42,356 bases of DNA from Planctomycetaceae bacterium (GCA_019636315.1 JAHBXU010000001.1:1-42356); one strand, 5' to 3'; shown: positions 1 to 9,393, numbered from the stretch's first letter. Notes: a model not told the origin generated them from the letters alone. Numbers and translations are program-made.

Positions 1-6
1 AACGCA

Positions 7-690
7 TCAGGCGTAGGCCACCCAACCGCGGAAGGTGAACCCGGCGTAAAACAAGCTGACGTTCGAAAATCCGGCTTCACTCAGGATCGCTTCGTCCTGC
101 TCGGGCGTGAGAATGGTTAATTGCGTGTCAATCGCCGCGCGGGCGTTCGCCGCCTTGTCGATCTCGATCCCAGAAGCGGCCAGGAAGGCAGCGTATCGAG
201 ACAGCCAGAGCGCGCGATCGCCCTCATCCTGTGGAATGCTGAAGTGGGCCACTACAAATGGCGCGCCGGGCTTGAGGCGGCGGCGGACTTCGGCAACCGT
301 GCACCGCCGCTCTTGCAAAGCCACAAAGTGCAGAGTCAACAGACACGCCGCCGCATCGAACAGTCCTTCCGGTGCATCATCGATGTAGCCTTGCTGCAGA
401 CACGCGCGCGAGGCAAGCGGGCCCAAAGTCCGTTGCGCCAGTTGTAACATCTCGGCACTCGGATCGACGCCATGGAAGGTCCAGTCCGGATGGGTCTGTG
501 CAAATGCCTTCAACTCCAGCCCACCCCCAGCTCCAAGAACCAACACTCCGGCATGTTCCCCGACACGCTCGGCAATCAGCAGGGTCGTCATGGCTTGCAA
601 GGCGTTGTAGCCGGGCACGAATCGAGGCGGCCCTTCGACGTATCGGGCCACGGCCTGGGGATTGGAAAAGTGGTCCATGTGCTCATTCAT
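7..690 (-). CDS. class I SAM-dependent methyltransferase
   Basis: 227-aa ORF. It has the glycine-rich SAM-binding motif I (VLVLGAGGGLEL) followed by an acidic loop (HGVDPSAEML), the usual Rossmann-fold methyltransferase layout. A GAGG Shine-Dalgarno lies about 8 nt upstream of the ATG at 690. Confidence 0.8.
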   Translation of the reverse strand: MNEHMDHFSNPQAVARYVEGPPRFVPGYNALQAMTTLLIAERVGEHAGVLVLGAGGGLELKAFAQTHPDWTFHGVDPSAEMLQLAQRTLGPLASRACLQQGYIDDAPEGLFDAAACLLTLHFVALQERRCTVAEVRRRLKPGAPFVVAHFSIPQDEGDRALWLSRYAAFLAASGIEIDKAANARAAIDTQLTILTPEQDEAILSEAGFSNVSLFYAGFTFRGWVAYA

Positions 691-819
691 GACGTGACCT
701 CGAGTGGTTCCAGGCCGGACTGGCGCAAGGTGTCTGAGCGTCCGTGGAAGGCACGCGGCTTTACCGGCGCGACGTTCTCGGCCAGTGGGAGATGTGGTCC
801 AGTGTCACGACTGCAGCGG

Positions 820-1299
820 TCAGTGCTTTGTGCGTCTGGATGCATGAACATGCTCCAACTTCTGATGGCCGCCACGGGCAACCAAGCGGTCATGAAGGTC
901 GGCGCTCAGCATCGCCAGCGTCACGTCGCCAAGGCGCGACAGGAGCAGCTCCTCCACCTCGTGGAAGGCGGGGGTGAGGGCGGCATTCACGGCTTGTTCG
1001 ACGAGGCAGCCGGGCGACTCCGTTCGGTTGCCGATCGCGAGCAGTGAGGGGCAGCTCAGCGCGGTGTAGATATCGCGCAATGTCATCCGTGCCAGGTCGC
1101 GAGCCAGCGTCCATCCGCCGCCATGCCCCTTTTCAGATCGCACATAGCCTTGGTCCCGGAGGCCAGCCATGATCCGTCGGATCACGACGGGGTTGGTGTC
1201 CATCAGCTTTGCCAACCTCTCGGACGTCATGGGACCATCCTGCTCGGCCATGTGCAGCAGGAGGTGGAGCATTCCTGATAATCGACTGCCACGCTTCAT
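820..1299 (-). CDS. Rrf2-family transcriptional regulator (no CX5CX5C cluster-binding triad visible)
   Basis: 159-aa ORF. The N-terminal winged helix ([44 protein letters not shown]) is typical of Rrf2/IscR/NsrR-family proteins. Only two Cys are present (LSCPS, PGCLVE). Confidence 0.85.
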   Translation of the reverse strand: MKRGSRLSGMLHLLLHMAEQDGPMTSERLAKLMDTNPVVIRRIMAGLRDQGYVRSEKGHGGGWTLARDLARMTLRDIYTALSCPSLLAIGNRTESPGCLVEQAVNAALTPAFHEVEELLLSRLGDVTLAMLSADLHDRLVARGGHQKLEHVHASRRTKH

Positions 1300-1755
1300 G
1301 TCACCTACTATGTTACATGATCACGTCACTGTCAAGAGGCGGACATCCACGCCTGGACCAGTGAAAAACAACGCCGTGTCGTCGTGGGTGGCTATGCGGG
1401 CCGAATCGGGAGTCAGTGGTCAGGCACATTCCTCATACCCTGTGTTGAACACCCGCGCTGCGCCATGACATTAACGTAAGACTCAACCGAATGTTCTCCT
1501 CGGGGCTGAGAGGTCTGTACGACTTCAAAGCCGAGCACGGCTCGATAGGACCTGACCGAAGTTGGCATGGCGAAGACCTGAAGCCATACAAGGCATGGGT
1601 AGAGTAACTCAGCCGAGCCTCAGTAAAGAAAATTACTGCTAGCCGCACCGCTGTTAGCGGAATTAGTTTCTGCTAGGATTTAGACAAGGACAGTCAAACA
1701 ACGTAGAAACAGCCGTTTTTGCAATGCCTTATGCGCCCACACTTGTACGCAGGAA

Positions 1756-2320
1756 TTACTTCCTCGGACAGCTACGGCGTGCGATCAAGTACGTATCTAT
1801 TAGCCCTGCGCGTCGCAATTCCTCATATTCCTGGGAGCCCGGTTCAAAATTGAAATCGCCCCCCACGATCGCTCTCAGATAGGTTTCCTCAGCTTGAAGT
1901 CTCGACAATTCCTTTACCAGCACGCGAATCTCATCAAGCCGCCTATTTTGGCTCTCTTCCAAAGCGGCAACGAAGTCTTGCAAGTCCTCACGCCGTAGTG
2001 TCCCCTGTTCCACGGCTTCGGTCACTTTCTGAATAAAATAGGCAGTTCGTTCGATACCGGAGTGCCAGTGCAGGCTCACCGCGAGGAATTTGTTCCCGGA
2101 GGCAGGAGTTTCAATCTCCGCGATGAGCGCATACCGAAGCTCGCTCAACTGCAGGCCAAAGAAGCCCGTGCGGCACGTTGTAGGTCAAAACCCTGAACTG
2201 CTCCCTGTGCGTAGAGCTTGAAGCAGGCTTACCAAAGGCTTGAGGGTCGGAATGCGTGCAGGCTGCCGAGAACCAGCAAACACAAATCATCGCAAAACCG
2301 ATATGTACCCGTCGCTTCAT
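1756..2320 (-). pseudogene. degraded endonuclease/exonuclease/phosphatase (EEP)-family lipoprotein gene, frameshifted and apparently truncated
   Basis: The ATG at 2320 opens a signal/lipobox-like leader (MKRRVHIGFAMICVCWFSAAC) followed by the EEP N-terminal motif FRVLTYNV. That frame stops at 2111. A second frame (track ORF 1756..2148, TTG-initiated) carries the EEP motif IVGGDFNFEP. The C-terminal SDH-type motif is absent, and the combined length of about 185 aa is too short for the fold. Confidence 0.45.
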
Positions 2321-2516
2321 GCTGCACCAGCTGGCAAGACCACACACATCATGATGATGAACAGACCGGTCGGTACGAGCTTGGCACCGTTTGGCTTCTT
2401 CCCGTTCATAACCATGTCGTTCACTGTTGTTGCGACAATGCCACGCGGCGACTATGCAGTATCGGCGCGGCTCGTCGCAAAGGCGATACAGCGAAGACGG
2501 TATTTTGCGAAGAACA

Positions 2517-3140
2517 TTAAGGTTGCCGATGCGGGAGTCCTTTGTAGAGATCGTCGACAAGCCCGTCGAAAATAGATCGGAGAGCGGTATTCCAACCCTG
2601 GACCAGTGCCTCCGGAGATCTATCGGCTATTGGGATGTCGCTGCGGTAATCGCGCTGCAACACGATGGCCGGAGGATTTTTCGCGGGGTCGATCAGAAGC
2701 ACGTGAAGGCCCAGCGCGGCTTTCGCCGGAGTCGCGCGGTAATCTCCATAGAGAGCCGTCACGGTTCCTTCCAGAAGGTGGGTGGCGGGTAACGGTCCTG
2801 ACGAATCCATCACATATTGGAACAGGCCGGTCGATGTCAACCAGTTCTGGAGCTGCTGGGTGAGCATGGCATTGGGCGGGACAAACCACTCATTGTAAAA
2901 GTCCCTTTCGTACCGTGCGTCGCTCGTGCGATACACCAACTCCTTCCCTTCAAAATCCGGAGAGGCTCGCAATTTCCGAATCTTCAGGACTGTTCCTGGA
3001 ATAGAGGCATGCGTCTTGCCCTGGCGAATCGCCTCCAGAGCATAGGAATGTTTTTCCGGGTAGCTCTTGGTGAGATTGATGCAACCGCCGAGCGCGAGAA
3101 GGGCAAGGCAGAAGCTCATGAAAAGGGGGCGCGCCGTCAT
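2517..3140 (-). CDS. ABC-type transport auxiliary lipoprotein (PqiC/YmbA-like, DUF330-type)
   Basis: The internal ATG at 3140 lies 10 nt after the upstream gene's stop and gives MTARPLFMSFCLALLALGGC, a lipobox. The segment VYRTSDARYERDFYNEWFVPPNAMLTQQLQNWLTS resembles E. coli YmbA/PqiC as I remember it. It is the last gene of an MCE/Mla-type cluster. Confidence 0.75.
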   Translation of the reverse strand: MTARPLFMSFCLALLALGGCINLTKSYPEKHSYALEAIRQGKTHASIPGTVLKIRKLRASPDFEGKELVYRTSDARYERDFYNEWFVPPNAMLTQQLQNWLTSTGLFQYVMDSSGPLPATHLLEGTVTALYGDYRATPAKAALGLHVLLIDPAKNPPAIVLQRDYRSDIPIADRSPEALVQGWNTALRSIFDGLVDDLYKGLPHRQP

Positions 3141-3150
3141 CCCGGACGTC

Positions 3151-4182
3151 TCACCGCTCCGTCGCCCCGGTCCGCGGCGGAGGTTCGCCCAAGAATATTT
3201 GAGCGGGATATCGTTTCGCATTGTCGGTCAACTCCCGAAGGTTCTCCGACATCACTCGCAGATTCTCTACCGTGTCCTCGATGTCTTGACCCTTATTCGA
3301 GACGAGCCTGTCTATTCGCTGCATCGTACGTTCCAACCGGGCGACAGCGCCGGGGAATTGTTCGGATGCGATTTTGATTTGTTTCGATGCCTCTGACAAA
3401 TCAGCGATGAGCTGTCTCGTTCCTTGCATCGTGCCGGCCGCATCGGAAACAATGGCTCTGAGCTCAGGGCTCTCCACAAGCCGGCGCGTTTGTCGTGCCG
3501 TCTCTTGAAACTCGGCCAGCACTTGTCCCGTCCGGCTACTCAATGCCTGCGCATTTGTGTCTTTGACCAATTTCGTCACTTCCAGCACAAGGTTATCGAG
3601 ATTTCTGGTTATTGAGTGGATGTCGGCCTTTTCCAGATCTCTGGCAATGGTATGGAGAGCGGCGCCCAATACACTCACCGTGCTCGGAGCGGAAGGCAGG
3701 TACGCAGCTTGAGGTTTCCACGGCACGTCTAATGCCGGATACTGCTGCGCGTCCAGGTAATCCGCTTCCAGGTACACCACTCCTGTCACGCCCTGTGACG
3801 CCAGCCGGATCCGAAGTCCCGCTGTAATCATGCCGCCGCGCTCCACTTCTTTTTCTTCCTGCGTGAGATGAGGCGTCAGATCAGCAGCAGACCCACGGAC
3901 GAGGATATAGCGCCCATAGCGCAGCAAGTCTTCTTTGCCGAGTTCTGCCCCATAGATATCGCCCACGAAACCGATCGCTTCCACCGTTCCGACCTGCACG
4001 CCGCGATACTTGATCGGCGATCCGACAGCGAGGCCTTGGACGGATTCGTCAAAATAGCTTTCCCAATACACGACCTTCTTGAACCACTTCCCTCCGCTCA
4101 GCGCGACGATCGCGATGATCAGTGTGACCGATCCGAGCACGATAAAGACGCCGATCTTATGATAGTTGGCCTTGGCGCTCAT
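3151..4182 (-). CDS. MlaD/MCE-domain substrate-binding protein with a long C-terminal helical extension
   Basis: 343 aa. It has an N-terminal TM helix (IGVFIVLGSVTLIIAIVALS) and an MCE core (VQGLAVGSPIKYRGVQVGTVEAIGF). About 170 aa of helix-prone, heptad-like C-terminus follow. The start overlaps the ATPase gene's stop (ATGA, 4179..4182). Confidence 0.85.
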   Translation of the reverse strand: MSAKANYHKIGVFIVLGSVTLIIAIVALSGGKWFKKVVYWESYFDESVQGLAVGSPIKYRGVQVGTVEAIGFVGDIYGAELGKEDLLRYGRYILVRGSAADLTPHLTQEEKEVERGGMITAGLRIRLASQGVTGVVYLEADYLDAQQYPALDVPWKPQAAYLPSAPSTVSVLGAALHTIARDLEKADIHSITRNLDNLVLEVTKLVKDTNAQALSSRTGQVLAEFQETARQTRRLVESPELRAIVSDAAGTMQGTRQLIADLSEASKQIKIASEQFPGAVARLERTMQRIDRLVSNKGQDIEDTVENLRVMSENLRELTDNAKRYPAQIFLGEPPPRTGATER

Positions 4183-4985
4183 CGCTCTCCACCTGTGCCT
4201 TTTCCAGCAGTCTCGGCCGACACGCCAGGATTGAGAAATTGACGCACCCAGGGATTGGTGGCATGCTCGCGTAACTCTTGAGGCCGTCCTGTCGCCACGA
4301 TCTTTTTGACCACCTTGTCCAACATGATCACCCGATCGGCGATGGTGTCAATGCTCGACAGCTCATGTGTGACGATGACGAACGTGATCGCGAGATTGCG
4401 GGCGAGGTCGAGAATCAGTCGGTCGAGTTCTGCCGAGGTAATCGGGTCGAGTCCCGCAGAGGGCTCATCCAGAAAGAGAATGTGCGGGTCAAGCGCCATG
4501 GCGCGCGCGATGGCCGCGCGTTTCTGCATGCCCCCGCTGAGTTCGGACGGCATATAATCCAGGAACGGTTCGAGCCCTACCAGTTTGAGTTTCATGCGAG
4601 CGATCAGATCCATGGCATCAGATGGAAGGGCCGTGTATTCTTCCAGGGGCAGCCGGACATTTTCCAACAGGGTCATGGAACCGAACAGCGCGCCCATCTG
4701 ATACGTGACCCCAATGCTCTTGAGAATACCGGTGCGCTCATCTCCCTCGGCCGTCACGATGTCCTTCCCGCCGATGAAGATACGCCCGGTCATGGGTTGG
4801 TAGAGGCCGATCATGTGCTTCAGCAAGGTGCTCTTTCCGCTGCCGGATCCGCCGAGAATGGCAAACACCTCGCCACGATAAATCTCAAAAGAAATGTCGT
4901 CGATCACCACTGAGCCATCGTAACCGGCGGTGAAGTGTTGCACTTGAATAATCGGCCTGTTTTCTATTGGCAGCATGGCGTGCAC
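4179..4985 (-). CDS. MlaF-like ABC transporter ATP-binding protein
   Basis: Walker A is GGSGSGKSTLLK, the ABC signature is LSGGMQKRAAIARA and Walker B is ILFLDEPSAGLDP. It lies between the MlaE-like and MlaD-like genes. Confidence 0.9.
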   Translation of the reverse strand: MHAMLPIENRPIIQVQHFTAGYDGSVVIDDISFEIYRGEVFAILGGSGSGKSTLLKHMIGLYQPMTGRIFIGGKDIVTAEGDERTGILKSIGVTYQMGALFGSMTLLENVRLPLEEYTALPSDAMDLIARMKLKLVGLEPFLDYMPSELSGGMQKRAAIARAMALDPHILFLDEPSAGLDPITSAELDRLILDLARNLAITFVIVTHELSSIDTIADRVIMLDKVVKKIVATGRPQELREHATNPWVRQFLNPGVSAETAGKGTGGER

Positions 4986-4988
4986 CGG

Positions 4989-6134
4989 TTACAAGCCTAA
5001 GGCATAGAACACCACTGCAAAGAGGCCATCCACAATCGCAATGAGCACGATGCCGCTGACGACCGCGCTGGTGGTCGATTGGCCGACCGCGCTGGCGCCT
5101 GTTTTGGTTTCCAAACCGCGCAGGCAGCCGACTGCGGCTACCACAATACCGTAGACGAATGATTTCAGCAGTCCACCCATGAGGTCTCCCACTGTCACGG
5201 CAGACAGGACTTGGTTCACATACGTGACGAGCGGATACCCCAGCGACCGCATCACGATCGCTCCTCCCATCAAACCGAACAGGTTGGCGAACACCGTCAA
5301 GACCGGGGTCATCGCCACCGCCGCGATGACACGTGGCACAACGAGAAATCGGACCGGTTCAAGCCCCATCGTACGCAGCGCGTCAATTTCTTCCCTGACT
5401 TTCATGGTTCCCAGTTCTGCGGCAAACGCCGAACCGGACCGGCCGGCCAGGATAATGGCAGTGATCAAAGGCCCCATCTCGCGGAGCATCGCTATTCCCA
5501 GGAGATCGGCGACGAAAATGTCCGCCCCAAACCGGCGCATCGGAATGGCAGACTGAAACGCCAAGATAAGTCCGAGCAGCACCCCGATCAGCGCAATGAT
5601 GGGGAGCGCATCAACTCCAGACTGCTCCGCCACAAGCCAAGCATCTTTCCATCGCACAAGACGAGGATGGCGAGCAGCACGGAGCAACGTCAGCGCCAGT
5701 TCTCCGACGAAAGTTAGAAGGGCCTGAAGATCCCGCCACAGTTCGACCGCCGCTTTTCCAACCTGCTCAATGATCGACAGCGGCTCACGGCGGCGTCCCG
5801 GTGGACGATTTATTGAGATATCCCCATAGATATCCAGAAGGCGCCGGAATTCCTCCTGCAGCCCTTGAATTGTCGCATCACCGCCGGTGCGGATCTGCAA
5901 CTGCTGAAGGTCAATCAGGAATGCAACCCCAGCGCCGTCACAATAGCTCACCCCCGACGCATCGATCACGAGCCGGCGTGGTTTTCCTTGTGTCAGCATC
6001 TGTTGGCCTCGCTGCCACCACTTCCCGGTCGTGTCCGAATCCCACCGCCCCGTCATGATGAGCGTGAGCGTGCCGCCATCGCTCGAGCGGCGCGCATCCA
6101 GCGAATTGAGAGACGCCTCTGCTGCTTGAGTCAT
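4989..6134 (-). CDS. MlaE-family ABC permease with an N-terminal STAS (MlaB-like) domain fusion
   Basis: 381 aa. The N-terminal ~110 aa look like a STAS domain (TLIMTGRWDSDTTG...RLVIDASGVSYCDGAGVAFLIDLQ...IQGLQEEFRRLL). The C-terminal ~260 aa are a multi-TM MlaE-type permease (AFAAELGTMKVREEIDALRTMG). Confidence 0.85.
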   Translation of the reverse strand: MTQAAEASLNSLDARRSSDGGTLTLIMTGRWDSDTTGKWWQRGQQMLTQGKPRRLVIDASGVSYCDGAGVAFLIDLQQLQIRTGGDATIQGLQEEFRRLLDIYGDISINRPPGRRREPLSIIEQVGKAAVELWRDLQALLTFVGELALTLLRAARHPRLVRWKDAWLVAEQSGVDALPIIALIGVLLGLILAFQSAIPMRRFGADIFVADLLGIAMLREMGPLITAIILAGRSGSAFAAELGTMKVREEIDALRTMGLEPVRFLVVPRVIAAVAMTPVLTVFANLFGLMGGAIVMRSLGYPLVTYVNQVLSAVTVGDLMGGLLKSFVYGIVVAAVGCLRGLETKTGASAVGQSTTSAVVSGIVLIAIVDGLFAVVFYALGL

Positions 6135-6207
6135 GATTCGATAACCGTGTTATGGAGACTCCTCATCTCCCTTCAGCATCTCCCTCGTCTTCCGTTCCCC
6201 CTACAAC

Positions 6208-9200
6208 TCACGTCGGTGAGTCAAGCTTGAACACGAGCGTACTGCTGCCTGCGAACTCGTACACCTCGTTCTTGATTCCCAGTTTGATCGGCGCCGCGCC
6301 GCCATTGTGTCCGCGCACGGTGAGCGCATCGCGCGTGAGTCGTAGATCGAGCGAATGTCCGCGATAGCGAAGGTACATGTCGAGGCGTTCCACTTCCAGA
6401 GGCAATGTCGGGTTGAGACGGAGAACGTCTGCCGTGACTTCGATCCCCATCGTTCCGCGCTGCACGAGATCGACCGTTCCCGCCATGGCGCCGAGATGGA
6501 CGCCCTCGGCTGTGGTGCCCCGCTGAATATCGTTCACATCGCTCTGAAGCGCTTCCGCGAAGTAGCGGGTCGCCCGCGGCCGGTCGGAACGCGCCAGCAC
6601 CCAGGCATGGACCACGCGGGACAGGGTCGAGCCGTGGGACGAGCGGGAGTCGTAGTAGTCGACGTGTCTCGGAATCGTTGCCGGGTCGAACGGATAGCTC
6701 AGACGCTCAAACAGTTCGCCGAGCTCTTCGGAGGAAAATAGATAAAACAACATCAGGACATCCGCCTGTTTCGATGCCTTGTAGCGGTTGGCGCTGTCGT
6801 TCTCCGCCTCGAGAATCAGTTCGAGGCGGCCGATGTTGCCGTACCGCATGCGATAATTCTCCCAATCCAACTCGGCGAGCTTTTCGTAGCCTTCGAACTG
6901 ACTGATGATTCCGTCGTCATGAAACGGCACATACATCCTGCGGCTGATCTCGTCCCAGCGGACGATCTCTTCCTCCGACAATGCCAGCCGCGCCATGAGC
7001 GCCTCGCGACGCATGTCTGGGAGCAAGTCGAGCACCTCCAGCGCCCGCCACAGCACCCATACGGCCATGATGTTGGTATAGGCGTTGTTCTTCAGGCCGG
7101 GCGCCGGTGAGTCGGGATATCCCTCGTGAAACTCGTCTGGCCCCATGACGCCGTGAATCTCATAACGTCCTCGCTGATCGTTGAAATGGGCGATGCTGGA
7201 CCAGAACCGCGCGATCTCGAGAATCAGTTCGGCGCCGTGAAACCGCAAAAACTCGATGTCGTGAGTGACTTGAAAGTACTGCCAGACGTTATAGGCGACG
7301 GCGCTCCCCACGTGGCGCTGCAAGTACGAGTTGTCCGGCACCCAGCGTTGCGAGCGCGGGTTCAGATTGAGCTCCTGCGTTTCTTCCTGCCCGTCGCTTC
7401 CGCTTTGCCAGGGGAACATGGCACCTTGAAACCCCGCGCGCCTAGCCGCGGCCCGCGCCTCACCCAGACGCCGGTAGCGATAGAGCAGAAGAGACCGGGT
7501 GATCTCAGGCATTCGATAATTGAGAAACGGGAAGATAAACAGTTCATCCCAAAAGATGTGGCCCTGATAGGCCTCGCCGGTCCAGCCGCGCGCCGGCACG
7601 CCGATATCGAGGCCGATCGAGTTGGGCGAGACCGCTTGCAGCAGATGAAACATGTTCAACCGAAGCAGCATCGAGACGTTCAGCTTGAACGGGGCGTCGG
7701 CCGGCTGCATATGCACGTCGAAGCGGCGCCACACCTGCTTCCAGACGAGGACATGCTTCTCCATGATCGCGTCGAAGCGACCCGCGCCCGCGATCGCCTT
7801 CCGGGCCGCCAATCCGCATTCGGAAATAGCGTGATCGCGCGAGGTATAGAGCGAGACAAGCTTTTCAAGCCTCACTGTCTCGCCCTGTCTCAGTTCGAGG
7901 TCGAATTCCTGTCCGATGTAGCCCGGTTCGTCGATGACCCGACGCGGACTGTTCAATGAGTTGCCGTTGGCGAACGCCTGCGTTCGCGCCACCTGTGCAA
8001 TCTGAATATGGGATTGGCAGGTGCGGGCGAGCAACGAGACGCTGTCTTCGCCGACTACCTCGCCTGCCGGCGGCTCTAGATGTCGATTGTTGAATGTGCG
8101 ATAAAGCTTGGCGCCCGCATTGACGACACGCCCGTCGATCGCCGAACGCACCACGACGCGCGCGGACCAGTTTTCGGCGGTGAGCGCCAGTTCGAGCGCG
8201 CCCAAGTGTATGTCGCTCATCGATACTAAACGGCGTTCCTTCAACGTACTGCGCCGGCCCTGGCCGTCATCGAAACGCACGGCGCGGACCAGCATGCCGA
8301 GCCGGAGATCGACCTCCTGGCGATAGGAGAGGATTGTGACTCTTCTCAGGTCGAACCAGTCCCCGTCGGCGATGCGAAACTCGAGCGCAAGCCAATTGGG
8401 AAGGTTCACGAGGTCCTCGTTCTCGACCGTCCGACCGGCAATGTCGGTGCGCAGTCGGTTGTAGCCGCCGGCGAGGTAGGTGCCGGGATAGTGGATCCCG
8501 TCCGCCCGCGCCCAAGTTACTGCCCCGCGCGTCGAGAAATAGCCGTTGCCGAGCGTGCACAATGCTTCGCGGGTTCCCTCGCTCGCCGGGTCGAACCCTT
8601 CGTACACCAGTGACCACTCAGAAGGTGACTCCGTCGTCACTTGGACCTGCGCGAGACTGGTCACCACCACATCGGCGCCCGCCTCGCGCAGCGCCTGAGA
8701 TTGCCCGCTGCGATCAATTCCGATGACCAAATCAAATCCGCCGGTGCGCCCCGCCTCGACGCCGGCGAGGGCGTCTTCGACGACGACGGCCCGCGAGGGG
8801 TCGGCCCTGACGCGCCGCGCCGCTTCCAGAAACCCATCGGGCGCCGGCTTGCCGTTGAGGGCCAGCCTGGTTATGTCCAGTCCGTCCACCCGTGCGTCGA
8901 AGAGGCCCGATATCCCCGCGGCCTCGAGTACTGCCGCGCAGTTGTTGCTGGAGGACACGACGGCCGTCTTGACCTTCTGAGTGCGAAGTGTTTCGACGAG
9001 CGCGATCGTGGCTTCATAGGGCTCGACGCCGTGCTGCTCCAGCTGTTGCAGAAAATAGTGGTCCTTCATGTTGCCCAACGCATGCGCGGTCTGCATGCCG
9101 GGGGCGTCGTCGGGCGTACCGGAAGGCAGGGCAATGCCGCGCGAGTCAAGAAACGAGGCCACGCCGTCGTACCGGGGCTTGCCGTCGACGTAGCGCCGGT

Positions 9201-9393
9201 AGTCGCTCTCGATGTCGAAGGGGATGAACGCTTCGCCTGTGGCTGCGGCCCGCTGTTCGAGAAACCCGTCGAACAGTCTTTTCCACGCCGCTGCATGCAC
9301 GCTCGCTGTTTTGGTCAGCACGCCGTCGAGATCGAACAAAACGGCGTCGTAATCACGAGGAGACAACGTGACAATGGGAACCGTCTTTTTCAT
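6208..9393 (-). CDS. fusion protein: beta-phosphoglucomutase-type HAD hydrolase (N-terminal) plus glycoside hydrolase family 65 alpha-glucoside phosphorylase (C-terminal)
   Basis: 1061 aa. HAD motif I is AVLFDLDGVLTKT and a late HAD motif is VVEDALAGVEAGRTGGF (beta-PGM-like). The remainder carries a GH65 hallmark around the catalytic acid (GWTGEAYQGHIFWDELFIFPF) and has the length of maltose/trehalose/kojibiose phosphorylases. Confidence 0.85.
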   Translation of the reverse strand: MKKTVPIVTLSPRDYDAVLFDLDGVLTKTASVHAAAWKRLFDGFLEQRAAATGEAFIPFDIESDYRRYVDGKPRYDGVASFLDSRGIALPSGTPDDAPGMQTAHALGNMKDHYFLQQLEQHGVEPYEATIALVETLRTQKVKTAVVSSSNNCAAVLEAAGISGLFDARVDGLDITRLALNGKPAPDGFLEAARRVRADPSRAVVVEDALAGVEAGRTGGFDLVIGIDRSGQSQALREAGADVVVTSLAQVQVTTESPSEWSLVYEGFDPASEGTREALCTLGNGYFSTRGAVTWARADGIHYPGTYLAGGYNRLRTDIAGRTVENEDLVNLPNWLALEFRIADGDWFDLRRVTILSYRQEVDLRLGMLVRAVRFDDGQGRRSTLKERRLVSMSDIHLGALELALTAENWSARVVVRSAIDGRVVNAGAKLYRTFNNRHLEPPAGEVVGEDSVSLLARTCQSHIQIAQVARTQAFANGNSLNSPRRVIDEPGYIGQEFDLELRQGETVRLEKLVSLYTSRDHAISECGLAARKAIAGAGRFDAIMEKHVLVWKQVWRRFDVHMQPADAPFKLNVSMLLRLNMFHLLQAVSPNSIGLDIGVPARGWTGEAYQGHIFWDELFIFPFLNYRMPEITRSLLLYRYRRLGEARAAARRAGFQGAMFPWQSGSDGQEETQELNLNPRSQRWVPDNSYLQRHVGSAVAYNVWQYFQVTHDIEFLRFHGAELILEIARFWSSIAHFNDQRGRYEIHGVMGPDEFHEGYPDSPAPGLKNNAYTNIMAVWVLWRALEVLDLLPDMRREALMARLALSEEEIVRWDEISRRMYVPFHDDGIISQFEGYEKLAELDWENYRMRYGNIGRLELILEAENDSANRYKASKQADVLMLFYLFSSEELGELFERLSYPFDPATIPRHVDYYDSRSSHGSTLSRVVHAWVLARSDRPRATRYFAEALQSDVNDIQRGTTAEGVHLGAMAGTVDLVQRGTMGIEVTADVLRLNPTLPLEVERLDMYLRYRGHSLDLRLTRDALTVRGHNGGAAPIKLGIKNEVYEFAGSSTLVFKLDSPT

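Noticed and set aside
1491-1607. A 38-codon plus-strand ORF (MFSSGLRGLYDFKAEHGSIGPDRSWHGEDLKPYKAWVE), plus assorted short hairpins, in the 1300..1755 gene-free region.
   Set aside because: It has no Shine-Dalgarno and I recognise no family. It is the only candidate on the plus strand. The hairpins are 5 bp or shorter or lack U-tracts. That is not enough to call a gene, an sRNA or a terminator.
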